Part shown: positions 11,966 to 25,513 of the stretch, in pieces
Position numbering within the stretch: position 1 is the stretch's first letter
Layout: every line of letters begins with the position of its first letter
From: Lama guanicoe
Lineage: Eukaryota
DNA length: 64,000 nt
Assembly (NCBI GenBank): GCA_013239625.1
Contig: MU053873.1
Location: 2,060,524-2,124,523, forward strand
Direction: 5' to 3'
Translations under genes and position numbers: made by a program
Notes under the pieces: generated by a model
Told to the model about the DNA's origin: nothing
Seen by the model: only the letters and a program-made list of their open reading frames with translations
The model's database searches: none

Positions 11966-12129
11966 GAGCCCAAGCATTCTGACTTCACAGGTCTGGAGTA
12001 GGAGGAAGGAATTTGCATTTCAACCATTCTCTCCTTGTACCACGAATAAAGAATAACCTCACTTGGCTTTGAACTTGTCTAACACAACCTCAAGCTACTA
12101 TCACAACTTCTGTCTGTAGCTCCAACCAG

Positions 12130-12660
12130 TGAGGCCATCTTGAACAGAAACTTCATGGTCCCACCCCTGCACCTTTGCTTATAACCAGTTCTCCCACTTA
12201 TGCCTCCCCCACCCCACATCACCTCCCTACCCAAATCCTCACGGTCTCAAGACCCGCATCAAAGGCCACAGTTTCCAAGAAGCCCTCGTTAACCTCCCCA
12301 GGCTGCATGGCGCTGGCTCTGTTTTAACAGCCCTCACTCATGGTCTTCAGTTCATAGTGATTGATGTACATGCACAGCCAATGGATTGGATTTTCTAGGA
12401 TCCTGAACTGTGCCTTCTTCATCTTTGCATTCTGCAGTTTGAGACTGTGCTGGGTGTGCAGGAAGGGCCCGGTAAATGTCTACAAAGAGCTGATGTGACT
12501 GAATTTCCAAGGTTGAGAGTAAACTTACTGAAGGGACCAGCTGGACACTCCATCACCCTGGACTGTAAGGTCCCCGAAGGCAGGGACCATGCCTGGTTTC
12601 TAGCAGGGAGCCTGGTGTACAGTAGGTACTCAGTGAGTGTTTATAAAATAAACAATTCAG
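12130..12660 (+). mobile_element. L2 3' fragments
   Basis: ggactgtaaggtccccgaaggcagggaccatgcctgg...cctggtgtacagtaggtactcagtgagtgttt. Confidence 0.65.
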
Positions 12661-12689
12661 AGACCCTGTAGGTAGGACAATGAGAACTT

Positions 12690-12860
12690 TGGCCAAAAGA
12701 GAACTAGCCTGGGAGTCAAAGAATGTGAGTTTTGAATCCTGTCTCTGCCTCCGATTCTCACCCTTTGCCCTTGGACAAATCCATTTCCCCCTTTGGGCCT
12801 CAGTGTCCCCACCTGTAGAATGGGGGCATTGGAGCAGCTGACATTGAGGCACTCTCCAGC
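12690..12860 (+). mobile_element. MIR (MIR3/MIRb-like)
   Basis: gcctgggagtcaaagaatgtgagttttgaatcc...ccttggacaaatc...gggcctcagtgtccccacctgtagaatgggg. Confidence 0.75.
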
Positions 12861-13544
12861 TCTGCCAAGCCTGAGATTGTCATTGCCAGTGTGAGAAAGG
12901 GCCTTGGAAGGGGACACCGGGCAGCCCATTCCCGTCTGTCCCCGGAGAGGTAATCAAGGCGTTCTCAATTTTCATTTGTGAAATTGCTGGGGACGTTTGG
13001 GCATGCGGGGGCTACACATCTTCCCTGGAGCCTGACCTCTGGCCTCTGATCGATCCAGACATGTTTTCTATGCACATTTTATAGCAGAGCAGCTCAGAGC
13101 ACACTGCCCTGGTCCCAGCCCCCCAGCTGCTCCACCCATGGCTCTCTAAACGCATGCACTGGCTCCTTCTGACCCAGGCCTGGAGTGGCCCATGCGTGTG
13201 GTCCGGATGGTCACGAAGACCTTGGAAGAGAGACAGTCTGGGGGCTCTGGGAGAAGAAGCCAGGGGTTTGGGCTCCAGTGTGTGGAACCCGCTTGGCCCA
13301 CAGGCTCCCAGGCAACGGGCCTCTGTGCCTGGTCTCTCCATGAGCTGCCGAGTCCACCACTGAGCACAGGTCTGTTAGACAAGTCCTACTACAATTTTTG
13401 ATAATAATAACCAACATGGCTTGAACTCCTGCTGTATGCTAAGTATTTTGACACCTTCATTTAGAAGGTAGGAGTTAAGAGCATGCGGCTTTGGTTGCAG
13501 AAGGACCAAGTCCCATCAGGAAACTGTTACACATCTTTGATTAA

Positions 13545-13730
13545 GTCCTCATAGTGCATAAGTCCCTGGGGCCAAGCACACCTGCATTCACACCTCAACT
13601 TGCTGCTCAGCTCCTTGCTTGACTTCGAGCACAAGACTTCACCCCTCTAAGCCCAGCTTCCTCATCTGTGAAATGGGTACAAAATATATGAGGATTCAGT
13701 GCACACAGAATGCTTGCCATGTTGCCTGGC
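13545..13730 (+). mobile_element. MIR fragment
   Basis: ctctaagcccagcttcctcatctgtgaaatggg. Confidence 0.7.
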
Positions 13731-13769
13731 TGCAGGGAACAGTCGGAACCACTCCATCCGTGAGACCGA

Positions 13770-14170
13770 TTCTCCCTTTCTGGTCGCTATCTGCCTTCAG
13801 CAGGTGTAACCGCTATCTTGACTCCTGATGTTCCCCGGTCTTGAACTTCACCGGAGCAGAGTCGTGCGTCTTCTCTGTGCCTGGTTTCTTTTGCTCACTC
13901 TGCCTCTTTGAGATTCGCCCCTGTGGTTGTGGGTATCTGCAGTTTGTTCATTTCACTGCTGTGGCGTTTTCCATTGTGCGAATCTGGGTCGTTTCCAGTT
14001 TGGGGCTATTGAGAAGAGCCCACTGCTGGCATCCTCCTGTGGGTCCCCAGTGCCCACGTGCAGCTCTCTGTCGCCATGAACCTGGGGACAGAGCTGCTGG
14101 CTCCCAGGGCACGTGCGTGTCCAGCTTCAGCGGATACCGCCGAGCAGCCTTCCTGAGAGGTGCACCAAGG
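13770..14170 (-). mobile_element. Old L1ME-like fragment
   Basis: tggtttcttttgctcac...tttgagattc...tttgttcattttcactgctgt...gtttccagtttggggctatt. Confidence 0.65.
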
Positions 14171-14187
14171 ATCCGCTTTTGTGTTAA

Positions 14188-14625
14188 AAATTTTTTTAAA
14201 TTGAAGTGAAACTCACATATCAGAAAATTAACCAAAGTGAACACTTCAGTGACATTTAATACGTTCATAGTGTTGTATAACCAACACCTCTAGTTCCAAA
14301 ACATCTAAAATCACCCTAAAAATAAACCCCATACCCATGAAACAGTCTGGAAATTAAACTCCTCATTCTCCTTCCCTACCTGTCCCCTGGCAACCATGAC
14401 TCTGCTATCTGTCTTCATGGATTTACCAGTTCTTGTTATTTCATATCAGTGGAATCATACAATATGTGGCCTTTTGCTTTCAACTTATTTCACTCAGCAA
14501 AACATTTTGGAGATTAATCCACATTGTAGCAGGTTTCAGCATTTCATCCCTTTTTAGGACTGGATAATATTCCATTGAATGGATACATTGCATTCCATTT
14601 ATCCATTCATCAGTTGATGATCAAT
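14188..14625 (-). mobile_element. L1MB-like 3' end
   Basis: ttgaagtgaaactcacata...cccctggcaaccatgactctgctatctgtc...catatcagtggaatcatacaatatgtggccttttg...ttatccattcatcagttgatg. Confidence 0.85.
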
Positions 14626-15651
14626 ATTCTAAAAATTGAACATAGATGCCCAGCACATATGTATTTTTAGAAAAATCCATACAGTGGGGAGGGTTTAGTG
14701 CTCCAAACAAAAATCACCCTCTCTCCCACCTCTTGCCCAGGTAACCATGGCCAGAGGACTGTCATCTTGAACACACACACACATCAGACACACGCACACA
14801 TGACCTGGTGACACACAGACGTGTGTCACCTTGACCTGCAGCTGGCTTTTGTCCCTTTCCTTTGCAGTCACTGGGAAAAAAAGGTGGCAACTCTATACAC
14901 CCTCCCCTGGAAATCTGCGATGTGGTGGTTTCATTCAGGGTCCCAGTCCGTGCATAGTCTGGAACATTCTCCCTGTCACCTGAGTGTGGACCACAAAGGT
15001 GTCTCCTGTGCGGCGAGGGGGCCTGGTGCACTGGGGACCAGGTGGGGGCCAGGAAGGCAATGGGGAGGGTCTCCCCTCCTGGGAGGCCCTGGTTCCCTTC
15101 CTCTCTCGCCACGTGACTTTGAATGATGCCAACCCAGGCTGTGCAGCGCTGGGGATTTTAGCTGAAGCATCACTCAACCCTCACTTCTTTCTACAAAAAC
15201 CACTGCATCTTTAGACAACTCCTCAGGGCTACATCTCCTTGGTCTGTGACTTTTAAAATAATTTTCTCCCCCTTTTTCCCAGCTGGCCCTTCCCCCCAGC
15301 TCACAAAGCTTTCTAAAATGCTCAAGAACAGCATACAGACTGCGGGGACGGCGGGAGGGGAGGGGCCTGTGGGGGCCCGTGGGAGCTGGGCCGGGGCAGG
15401 CCAAATTCTTCAGGGGTTGGATTTCCTCCAGGTCGGCTTCCCGCGGTGTCTCTCCACCTAAAGAAAACAAACTGAAATCCAGTCCAGGCGGCCACCTCTT
15501 GGGGTCTTTTCACCTGGAGGACGGATGGTGCAGACTGCTCCCTGGGAAGGCAGCTGTGGCCAGGAGCTAGGGGTTGTCCCTGTGACCCTCATTGTGTCTC
15601 CAGATGCTTAGCTGGGGACTCAGGATAGGCTGCATCCAGGAGACCTCGGGA

Positions 15652-15728
15652 TGGGCTGGTTAATACATTTTCAAACAAGGAGGCCCGTGTTTTCATTCTG
15701 TAGTGGGCCCACTCATTGTGTAGTTGTC
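15652..15728 (+). mobile_element. MER45-like short fragment
   Basis: ttttcaaacaaggaggcccgtgttttcattctgtagtgggcccactcattgtgtag resembles the MER45A right half; followed by T20 (15729-15748). Confidence 0.55.
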
Positions 15729-15944
15729 TTTTTTTTTTTTTTTTTTTTGAGGGGAAGATGCTTGCAAAGCCTCAGTGATGTCACTTTGGGCCTGGCACGT
15801 TCCCTCTCTGAACCTCAGTTTTCCTAGCTGCAAAATGGATGGGCCCACTGGCTATATGGAATGACTTTTGGGGGTCCTGCCATCCATACCCCAAGTATCT
15901 CCTTTTGAACGCCTGAAAATGCCCAGCAGGTATCACTCCGGTCA

Positions 15945-16110
15945 CATACTCTCAGTGCAGGGTCCCTGGGCCAGCCGCATCAGCTTCACCTGGGAACTTG
16001 TTAGAAATGCAATTTCTTGGGTCCACTCAGACCTTTGGATTCAGAAACTCTGAAAGTGGGCCCAGCAGTCCGTGTTGTAACAAGCCCTCCCAGGGGTTAC
16101 ACACGCTGAC
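15945..16110 (+). mobile_element. MER5A (hAT-Charlie MITE)
   Basis: ccagccgcatcagcttcacctgggaacttgttagaaatgcaatttcttggg...tcagaaactctg...gggcccagcagtccgtgttgtaacaagccctcc. Confidence 0.88.
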
Positions 16111-16589
16111 AGCCTCTGCTCAGCCGCGGGATCCCAGCCTGGGAGTCAGGGAACTGAGGGCTCCTCTGGATCCGACTAACCACCTCATGAACTCAAGCCA
16201 AGTCCCTCCCCTGATCTTTGTCTCTACGTCCTTGTCTGTAAAATGGGCAGGCTGGGAGGGTGACATTCTTCTTTTTTGCACAGTCAGTATAAAGTATTTC
16301 AAGCACAAGTCAGTTTTATGAATAAAGAACAAAAAAATTCAACATTTTCAGGAATAAAGAAATAAATGAGTCTGACCCCCTCTGGTTACCTGTGTGAGCT
16401 GTCTGCACTGACCTAGGCACCTGCAGGTCACCCCTGCCTCGGTGCAGACTAGAAGTTTCTCTAACCCTAGAAAAGGATTTGTTTGTTTGGTTTGGGCAGC
16501 TGATAAGTGATGAGGGTGGTAGAGAGAAAGATGGACTTTTGAGTCCTCTTTCTCTTCCTTAAAGAGAAACACAATTGAGGATGTTTTTA

Positions 16590-16750
16590 AACTTCTCTGA
16601 ACCTCAGTTTCCTCATGTATAAAGTGGGGAGAGCATTACCCACTTTTCAGGGTTGTTATGTAAATAAAAGAAATAAAGTACAGGAAGGGCTTAGCCAGAG
16701 ACTGGGGTGCAAGTGTGAATCAGTAAAACATTCATCTGATTACTATTACT
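16590..16750 (+). mobile_element. MIR 3' half
   Basis: ttctctgaacctcagtttcctcatgtataaagtgggg...agggttgttatg. Confidence 0.8.
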
Positions 16751-19049
16751 AAGACATCAATAATCAGTTCCGCCTGCCCGTGTTTCACAGCAGGAGGGAT
16801 TCTAAGAGCTAGGATCCCTTTCCCTGTAGAAAATGTCATCTGAGCAGGAATCCTGAAGGTAGAGACACCAAGATGCTGAGAACCCCACGGGCCGCCCCTG
16901 CCCCTCCCAGGCCTCCCTCCATCCTCACAGGGGCCCCGGGGAAGACCAGGCCGCCACGACTCCATCTTCCAGGAGGACCGCAGCTCCAGGGAGGGGCTGC
17001 AGTCTCCCACCCAGGAGGTACAGACCCTGTCCTGGCTGCTGTCAGCTCAGCTCCTGCAGCAGAGTCCCCCTGGGTGGGGGTGGGTGGGGCTCGAAGTGTG
17101 CATTTCAAGGCCGCCTCGACTCTCAGTGTCAGGGGAGGATGCAGAGACGCCCACAGAGCCAGTGGTCAGGGAGAGTCCAAGGGTGGCTCCCCTGGCAGGT
17201 GGGGGCCGGGGCCTGGGGAGGCTGAGTGTCCAGGGAACATGGATAACTGGTCAGCTGGTGGCCCTGGTGCCTCCACCCTCAGCAGGAACAGACTGGGGAT
17301 GACAAAGATGGAGGGGGGAACAGAGGAAGGAGAGTCCCTAGGACCTTCTGGCCAGGGGCAGGGGCGAGGGGGCAGGAGAAGGGAAGCCTCACAAAGGCAG
17401 TCTGGGGGAGGGGAGGGAGGGAGGGGCATCGCTCCCTGTGTGTTTTGAGTTCGGGGCTGGGGCTGGCTGCAGCTCGGGGGCCCTGTTTGCTTTGGAAGGG
17501 CCTCCAGTTAACTCCTTCCTGCCTGGCGGGGCATCCGAGGCTGGATGACGCTGGAGGGGCTTGGGTGCTGGGAGGTGGTGGCCAGGCTGGGGAGGCTCCA
17601 GCTCATTTCTCCTACCTGCAGCCAAAGGGGTGCTGGGTGATGGAAACAAGGACCCTCACCAGGGTTGGGACTAGGCACCTCTTTAAAATGTGTGCCCTGG
17701 GCACCCCGCTGGCCTCACCCTGGTCTGGCTCCGGCTCTCACGCCTGCTCAGATATTCACAGCCACCCTGCTGTCTGCACGTGGTGTGCACACTCACCCAC
17801 ACTTAGTCACATTGTCACTCTGCGCTCCTCACCTCTATCTTTGGGCAAGACAATCAAGATCTCTGGACTTGGGGGTTTTCTACCCGTAAGTGGGGGACCC
17901 TCATTCCAAGGAAACATAGATCACATCCTGAAACTTGGACTAGGGTCCAGTTTGCTTGCTTAGGAACCTGTCCAGGAACGGTGGGGCAGAGTTGCCAGTG
18001 GGAGTCTTCCTGGGTCTCCTTGGCCCACTAGGGCTGGTGAGCTGATGGGTGGAGGGGTCCTGGTGCAGACCTGGCATGCAGCAAGTGTGCAGGGACTCAG
18101 AGCCATCCGCTAATGTCGTTCCTCCAGCTGTCCGTCCAGACGTTAGGGCTGGAAGGCCCTTAGAGAGTCTCGGTCTTACTTTGTGATTGGGGAAACGGAG
18201 GCTCAAAGTGGAGGGAACTTTTCTAGGGCTCAGAGGGATGAGTGACCCTGCTGAGACCAACATGCACATCTCCTATATCTCAGTCCCAAACTCTTACTGC
18301 CCCACCAGGCTGGGCCCCATCGCGTGGAGACGAGGAAGGTGCAACGCGGAGTTTATACAGCAGCATTCACACCATCACACACTTCACTCTCTCACTTGAA
18401 ATTTCATCTAATTCTGACAACACCTTACGAGGCGGGCACTAATGTTACTGTCATTTTGCAGGGGAGAAGACTGAGGCTTGGACACCTTGAGTGGTGGAAC
18501 ATTTGGGTGGTGGGGCACCTGCATTGCTTGCAGTAGGTCAGCGGCAACTCTCTGCCTTTCTCTCCCCCTGGAACGAATCCGCTGGAAGGCCAGGGAGTGA
18601 GGATGATGTCATTAGAATCCACACTAAATGAAAAGAAAAAGGAACTCATTCATTCTTGAGTGTCAGCACTTGAACTGTTATTGGCAACAAATGGCCCAGG
18701 AGACAGTTCACAGCCAAGGGTACCAGGGTGGGCCTTCGTCATCATCTGCTAAAAATCAGAGTGATGCAGACATCTCCAGGGACTCAGAGCCATGCAAGGG
18801 ACCAAGGTCAGGTAAACGTGGGGGGTGTTTGCGGAAAGATCTGGGGTATGTAGACAGCAGTGCAGGCTCTGAGGTGGGCTTCTGTGTAGCCTCAGGGGAG
18901 TCACTTTGTTGCCCAAGATCTTGGTCTCCTCATTTGTGAAGTGAAAGGATTTGGAAGAACAAATAATATCTAAGATCCCTTCTTATTGCATTGCCCAGGA
19001 CAGGGTACTTTATATGTTGGTTAAGATGGTGGGCACTGGAATCTAGCAG

Positions 19050-19605
19050 AGAGTTTTAAGTCTAGATGAAAACTCAGCCTCTAAGAGGTGTAAGCAAAAT
19101 AAAACAAACAAATGAAAAAAAGACACCCAAAAAACAAACAAAAAAAGGGGAGGGGAGGGAATAAGAATATACTGGCCGTAGTAATTAGCATTAGCTTCAG
19201 GAATGGATTGATCCAGATGCTGAAATGAACTCACCAGAGCTCCATTTCTCTACCTTTCCAGATTTCTGCTGTTTTGGCATCATTCATACCACCTATCTAG
19301 TGCACACCATGGTGACAAGATGGTGCTGTAGCTCCAGGATGCAACTTCCTCACCTGTTTTCAACTCCAGAGGACAGGAAGTGCTTCTGTGAATGTGTCCT
19401 GTGTCATTGGCTCTGACTGGATTTCATGCACCTCCTAGAACCTATCATCGTGGCCAGGAGGTGGGAGAAGCAGCTAACCTAGGCCAGTCAGGACCCACTC
19501 AGTCCGCATGGCTGAGAATAGGACAGGCCTTTCAAACAGATAATAGTGATAACGTTGGCTGGAAAAGAAGTGAATGGATGCTAAGAAACTAAAAAACATT
19601 CACTG
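19050..19605 (-). mobile_element. MaLR solo LTR (MLT1K-like)
   Basis: gcttcaggaatggattgatccagatgctgaaatga...tcattggctctgactgg...gtggccaggagg...gaatggatgct. Confidence 0.6.
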
Positions 19606-20577
19606 CAGCAAGTGACAGCCTCTCTGAGGCTTCATTTTTTTTTCCATATAAATTGGGGCTAATCTTCACATTTACCTTGTAAGAATAAAATGAGTATATA
19701 TTTATTTTTTAGTTCAGTGCCTGGCATGGAAGAAACCCCCTTGTCTGTAAAAAAAAAAGGATGGTTACAAAATCTATGTAGGGTGCTGTCATTCTGTTTC
19801 TATGAGTCAAGAGCATGTTTGGTCCCCCAAATACATGCCACGATGAAAAGAACAAATGTGGTACAGTCAAACTGTTTGAGAAACACTGGATTTAATTACA
19901 CTTAATGTATTTCTTTCCTGCAGGACTTGTCAGTGCCTTTAGCATATGAGCTGACTTTGTGGGACTGTAAGAGGAAGACATGGCAGGCAGTGTTTTCCAA
20001 ATCCAGATCCCTAGACCTTTTTTTTGCTTGCATTTGTGGGCAAGTCTCTTTCAGACAGTGTTCTGGTTCTGTGAGTCTGGGAAATGCTGAGCTCATGGAA
20101 TGTACCTGGACTCGGTCATTCCTTTTCCACCCCTGCACCTAGCAAGGTCTACCAGGGGACTTCAGATGGGTATCAAGTCCGCCTTACACAGTGCACAGAA
20201 CCCCTCTCTTGGGCCATCGGGAAAACAGAAAAAATTTTGCACCCATAATCAGAAATCAGTGACTGAGGTGGTTGCTCTGCTAAAAGAGGCAGTTTCTCCC
20301 CAGTTCCTACCCTATTTTCTTTTTTAACAAACATACCTGCTCACAAAAACTTAACCGATATGAATGAACAGGGAGTAAAATTGGGACCATCATGCCCTAG
20401 CCTGTTAATTCCAATCGTATTCCCCTCTCAAGAAATCAATTCATTCCACACCTTGATCTGTCCTTCCAGATCTTTTCTTAGGCATTTCCATCTATTTCAC
20501 ACGCTCCCCAACATGGTTTAACTTCTTCTCATACACGAGACTGTACTTTACATGTGATCATGATATACGACAGAGCC

Positions 20578-20917
20578 ATTTATTGTTCACCTGATATCGA
20601 CATACTCCCCCGAGTCTCCTTGCAGTTAGAGCATGTGACCTCCAGCCAATGGCTTTGCAGGCTAGAGCGGGGTTGAGTTTTTACCCATTCTTCCCCTGCT
20701 GTAGTGATCATGCGGCCAGTATCAAGAAGGTCGAGCCACACGGTAACTCAGCCTGGATCCCTCAGTCACTGCACAGAGGACAGCTACCCTGGAGAGGGAC
20801 TGAACTTACATCAGACTTTGTGTGAGCAAGAAATGAACCTTTTTTTTGTATTAAGCCCCTGAAGTTCTGGGGCATATTTGTTACTGCAGCGTAGCTTCAC
20901 CTATGCCAACTAACACA
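20578..20917 (+). mobile_element. MaLR solo LTR (MLT1I/J-like) nested in old L1ME sequence (~20320-21370)
   Basis: ccttgcagttagagcatgtgac...gagcaagaaatgaacctt...ttaagcccctga...tttgttactgcagcgtagc...aactaacaca terminus. Confidence 0.7.
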
Positions 20918-22404
20918 TCATGTGGCTTTCTTTGTTTTGTTCATTTCGTGCACATCTTTCCATGCCCTGACACATAGATCAAACTCACTCTTTTGAAGAT
21001 CTGCATAATATTTCATGGCATGGCTACACCTTGACTTATCTGACCAGTCCCCATTAAGTGATTTTTCAATGATTTCCAATTTTTCACTGTTACAAATAAT
21101 GATGTGTACACAATGCTGTCGCAGCCTTGCAAATCCTTACACATCTCTGTTGCACACGGACTGCCGGGTCAGTGGGCATGTCCATCTAACATTTCTAGAG
21201 ATATTGCCAAATGAGCCACCAGAAAAATAATACCAGTTTTGATTCTCATCAACAGTTTTTAAGAGTGCCTTTTGCTCTGCCCTTAATATAATTTCCATAA
21301 GGAAGGCTGATGTTGATCTTTGCATTTTCGTCAATATGGTAGAGCAGGGTGTCTCATCTTAATTTGTGTTTCAGAGCAATTTTTTTTTTTTGTAGGGTTG
21401 GATGTTCCTGCTATCCTGGGGGCTTCTCTCTACTTGTTTGGGAAAGAAAGAGATTCTGGCTCCCGGAGATGCACACACAAACACATACACACAGAGCCTG
21501 GGACAGGGGAGTGAGACAGAGATGGAGGTAATGACAGATGCTGGGAGACAGGTATAAAGGTAGATTCCAAGAGTCTTGCGTGGCAGAGCTGAAGAGGGAG
21601 CAATGCACCCGTCTCCTGCTTCTTGTCCGATTTTCACAGCGGCTCCCCCATCAGTCTCACTCAAGAAGCAGGGCTCAGATCCCGAAGCTGGACCCCCATC
21701 ACTTCTGTGGCCAATAGCTGGGGGGCCAGCCAGCATTTGGGTCGGGGCTGGGGCCGGGGAGAACTGTTGGCCCTGTTCCTGTTGGCCTGAAGTCACGGGC
21801 CTGGCTTGTTTGTATAGTTCTTCATGCTTCTTCCCCGTATCTTGATATTTTTGGCTCTAAATTGGCCCCCTCCCAGCCAGGGAGGAGATAACTCCACTCG
21901 GTCTGGGCCTCTGGGGCATTGGGAAGGACGTCAGGAAATAGCCGGAGCATTACACACCTCCCCGCCCTCCGCCGTCCGATCTCATTTTCATAAAGTGTGG
22001 AAAAAGAATGGGGCTGCTGAGGGAGGCTTGAACATTTGGAGTGGCTTCCTGTTTTCTCTCGAATTAATCCTTTTCCCTGAGATGTTGTCTCTGGGCCTGT
22101 CGAACCCTGTCTTCTGCTGGGTGTGTGTCATGCGTGTCCACACGGGCCTGTGCAGATGTGCGCACACTTGTGTGCTCGGGACTCAATGAGCCAGTTTGAC
22201 AAACAGAACCTTCGAGGTGGACCCCTTTTCTCTTTAGTCGCCTGCATCCTCCCAAGAAAGAAAGAAAGGAATTAACCAGATGCCTCTTCTTCCAGGAAGC
22301 CCTCCCAGATGCCACAGTGACCTTCTTTGTCTCATTTAGGTCTGCATCTACCATGTTAAGTGCAGGACCCAGTAGTATACAGCAGGAATGAATGAATGAG
22401 TCAG

Positions 22405-22740
22405 GCTACATTTTTATTATAGAACTGGGAACGACTGTGGTCTAGAGAGGATAAGGGACTTGCCTGAAGTCACGCAGGGTATCTGTGGCTGAGTAAAAAT
22501 GTGGAACCCAGAGTTCCTGGATCCCTAGTACAAAGTTTATTTTAGGTCATCAAGCAAGATACTCAAAGAAACCAACAATGACTGAACAGTGACTTCATAG
22601 TTTTAGGAATCTATGAAAAAAGAACCATTATTTCTCCACCATCATCGATGGAGAAACTGAGGTTCCAGGGGGTTAGAGCCTACTCAGGGTCAATTCGGGG
22701 ATGATCCAGGATTTGAGTGTCAAAGCGGCTGTTTCCTGTA
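22405..22740 (-). mobile_element. Two antisense MIR fragments
   Basis: agagaggataagggacttgcctgaagtcacgcag; gatggagaaactgaggttc. Confidence 0.65.
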
Positions 22741-25351
22741 ATGGATTGTTTTGTTCAGGAGTGCACGGCGGGCAGGCCAGGGGCTGGTGAGGGCAGAGCT
22801 GCCAGGCCGTGGTGCCCAGGAAGAGAACAGCCCTTTCTGTCTTGGTGTCAATAACATTTCCAGCTGCATCCAGGTGGAACCAATGTGGACCTGTTGTCGG
22901 AAAATGTGGAGAGATTCCCGGATCCAGGGGCACACACTGCAGCTGCACACACCCACACTCTCTCACACGCACGCACATGCCCCCCATATACCCACCCACA
23001 TGTGCATGGGTGCATACTAGACTAGAGAACTTTGGACCCCAGACCCCGTCTTTATCTCTCTCAGGGGTCACTTGGTGACCTCTCCAGTTGCAATTACTTT
23101 CATCTGTACAGGGGCATGAAATGCCTAGAGATGAGTTGAGGACGCAGTGTGCATGTCCCCCTGCTCCCTAACATCAGCTGGAGCCTTTACGTGACCATGC
23201 TGCTCTGTGCTGCCGTCCCATCCACCTCTCTCTCCTTAGTAGGGTCCACTCCATCCTTACCTCTTAGGAAACTTGCTTACTGCACAGTCTCCTAGGAGAC
23301 ACCGGAACAGCCCCGTTATCCTTCCCAGCCAGAACCCGTAAGTCCCTGACCAGCCAATGAGCGGCTCACCCTAGGGGAGATGCCATTGCTCTGCCCAATC
23401 AGAGTGGCCAGGCACAGGTCACACAACCCAAACAAAGGCTTAATAGGGAGGCATAGGGTCAGTGGGTGGGGATCCCCTTAGAAATGGGTGAGGGTGGTCT
23501 GGGTTCCTAAGACGGGCCAGGAGCAGCCAGTGAGAAGCAGGGGCTCAGACCCGGCTCCGTCATCTGGGTGCCTTTGGACAAGTCCCCGGAGTGTGGCTCT
23601 GCTGTGTCATTTGCATGGTGGCACCACAGTAGGGATAACGCTGTTTCCCTGCACCACTGTATCCGTCCAGCTCTATAATTCAAGCCAGTCTGACGGCACA
23701 GGGCTTGGCACCAAGTAGATTTTCAGTACATGTGGATTCTCTTTGAGCTCAGACACTAAGGGGCTTGGACTGCCTCCTCTCAATCCTTTACTGAAGACAC
23801 TTACCTGACTCCGATGGCAGTTTGAATCGAGAGGGTTCATCTAATTTTAAGTCCCAGTGCGCGACCAATTTATTTTGGTCCCTGAACTGTTGCTCGGCAC
23901 CTGTTGGCATCTTGGGATGCGAAGTCCTTTTAATCTGAGGCTCCCGCAGGGGCAGGTCTAATTTTAGCTGGCTGCTGTGCTGGGGGGGGGTCCCAAGGGG
24001 ATGCAGGGTCTGTCATCTGGAGTACCTGGGGCGAGGCAGATGCAGACTGGGGTGGTGACGTGCAATCCAGAGGGACTCACTCAGCTTGTACCCACAAATT
24101 AACGACTATTTCTTAAGAACTTTTATTTCGGCAGGTTTTGTACCAAGCCAAGTGCTTCTCACATACCGTTAGATTTGATTGTCCCTTGAAGTTCCAGTTG
24201 GCCAACGCTTACTGTGGGTTTGCCCTGTGCTAGGCGCTAGGGGTGCCGGGACGGAGCAGGCACAGCCCCACCTGCAGAGAGCTCACGGCCTCATGCTCAC
24301 AGGCAAGTCAAGAACGGTGGTGCTGCAGTGCCATCAGAGGCCCGAGCAATGCCTGGCACCCAGCTGCCTTTGACGAAACATCTGGCAAATGAATGAAGGC
24401 AAGGCTCATGGTAGAGACAAGATAGAGCTGCTGCGAGAGGGCGCATTCCAATTCTCCTTGGGGCATTTGGAGGTTTCCCAGAGGAAGCTGTACTCTGAGC
24501 TGGGTCTTGAAAGAGATAAAGCATTTCTCCACGTGGAGAAGGAAGGAGGGTGTGACTTGTACTGCTGGCTCCCACCCGTATCCCTTGGCACCAAGTGTTT
24601 CTGTGCATGCCAGCCCCGTCCAATGGCCAGCACCAAAAGTTCTTGTCCTTTCCCTCCCCACCCCGTGTTGCTCAGGGAGGGGAAACACCCTTCTCTCATT
24701 CTCAGTGCTGTGGGCAGGGTGGTACAGGGCTCACCCTCCACTCCAGGGAGGCCCCTGAGTGGCTTACACCCACAGCATCTCCATGCCTCGGCCCACAGTG
24801 ATCAGTTCACGGGTAGACCATGGACAGCCCATCAAAAGCCCATGAGAAGCAAGGAGGCATTTGCTGGGGTTTCAAGAAAAGATACATTTCCTCTCTCCCT
24901 TACTTGAGAGTGAGGAGTAAGGAGGTGGTATCTGAGATGGAGATGGCCAAATTGCTACCAGGTCAAAAGATCCTGGAATTTCTCGGCCCCTAACAAGAGG
25001 GCACCTTGGAGCTGCTGGGTGCAGCTGAGAGAAAGAGGCGAGAGAGAAACGGACACCGCAGAAGGCAGAGTGGAGAGTCAGAGCACTGGGTACCAGGGGT
25101 GCTCCACATTTAACCCTGACCACACATTCCAAGATTAGCATCCTTACCTCCGTTTTACAGAAGAGAAGACAGAGGCTCAGGAAGGCTCAGCCATCTGCCC
25201 GGGGGTTGCAGATAGAAACCTGGGGAGTATGGAAGTCTGAGTCCAGTGTCCACAGTGTCCCTGCCTCTGGGGTCATCTGGGGCAAGCCAGGCCCCCTTCT
25301 CTAGAGCCTTGATGGCCCAGAGGCAAAAATAGAGGCTAAGTGTGAACTAGT

Positions 25352-25513
25352 CAGTGGTTCTCAAACTTGGGTGTGTATCAGAATCCCCTGGAGGGCTTGT
25401 TACAACAGCCCAGCCCCCAGCAACGAGCAGCTGCTTCATTGGGTTAGAGATGGAACCTAAATGTGCATTTAGAGGCTGAGGCTGCTGGTCCAGGGACCAC
25501 ACTTTGAGAACTG
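25352..25513 (-). mobile_element. MER5A (hAT-Charlie MITE)
   Basis: Termini cagtggttctcaaactt ... ggaccacactttgagaac form terminal inverted repeats; internal tcagaatcccctggagggcttgtta. Confidence 0.88.

Noticed and set aside
15729..15748. T20 run as the tail of a processed pseudogene or SINE
   Set aside because: No adjacent retrocopy body or TSD is recognisable; it sits between a MER45-like piece and a MIR.
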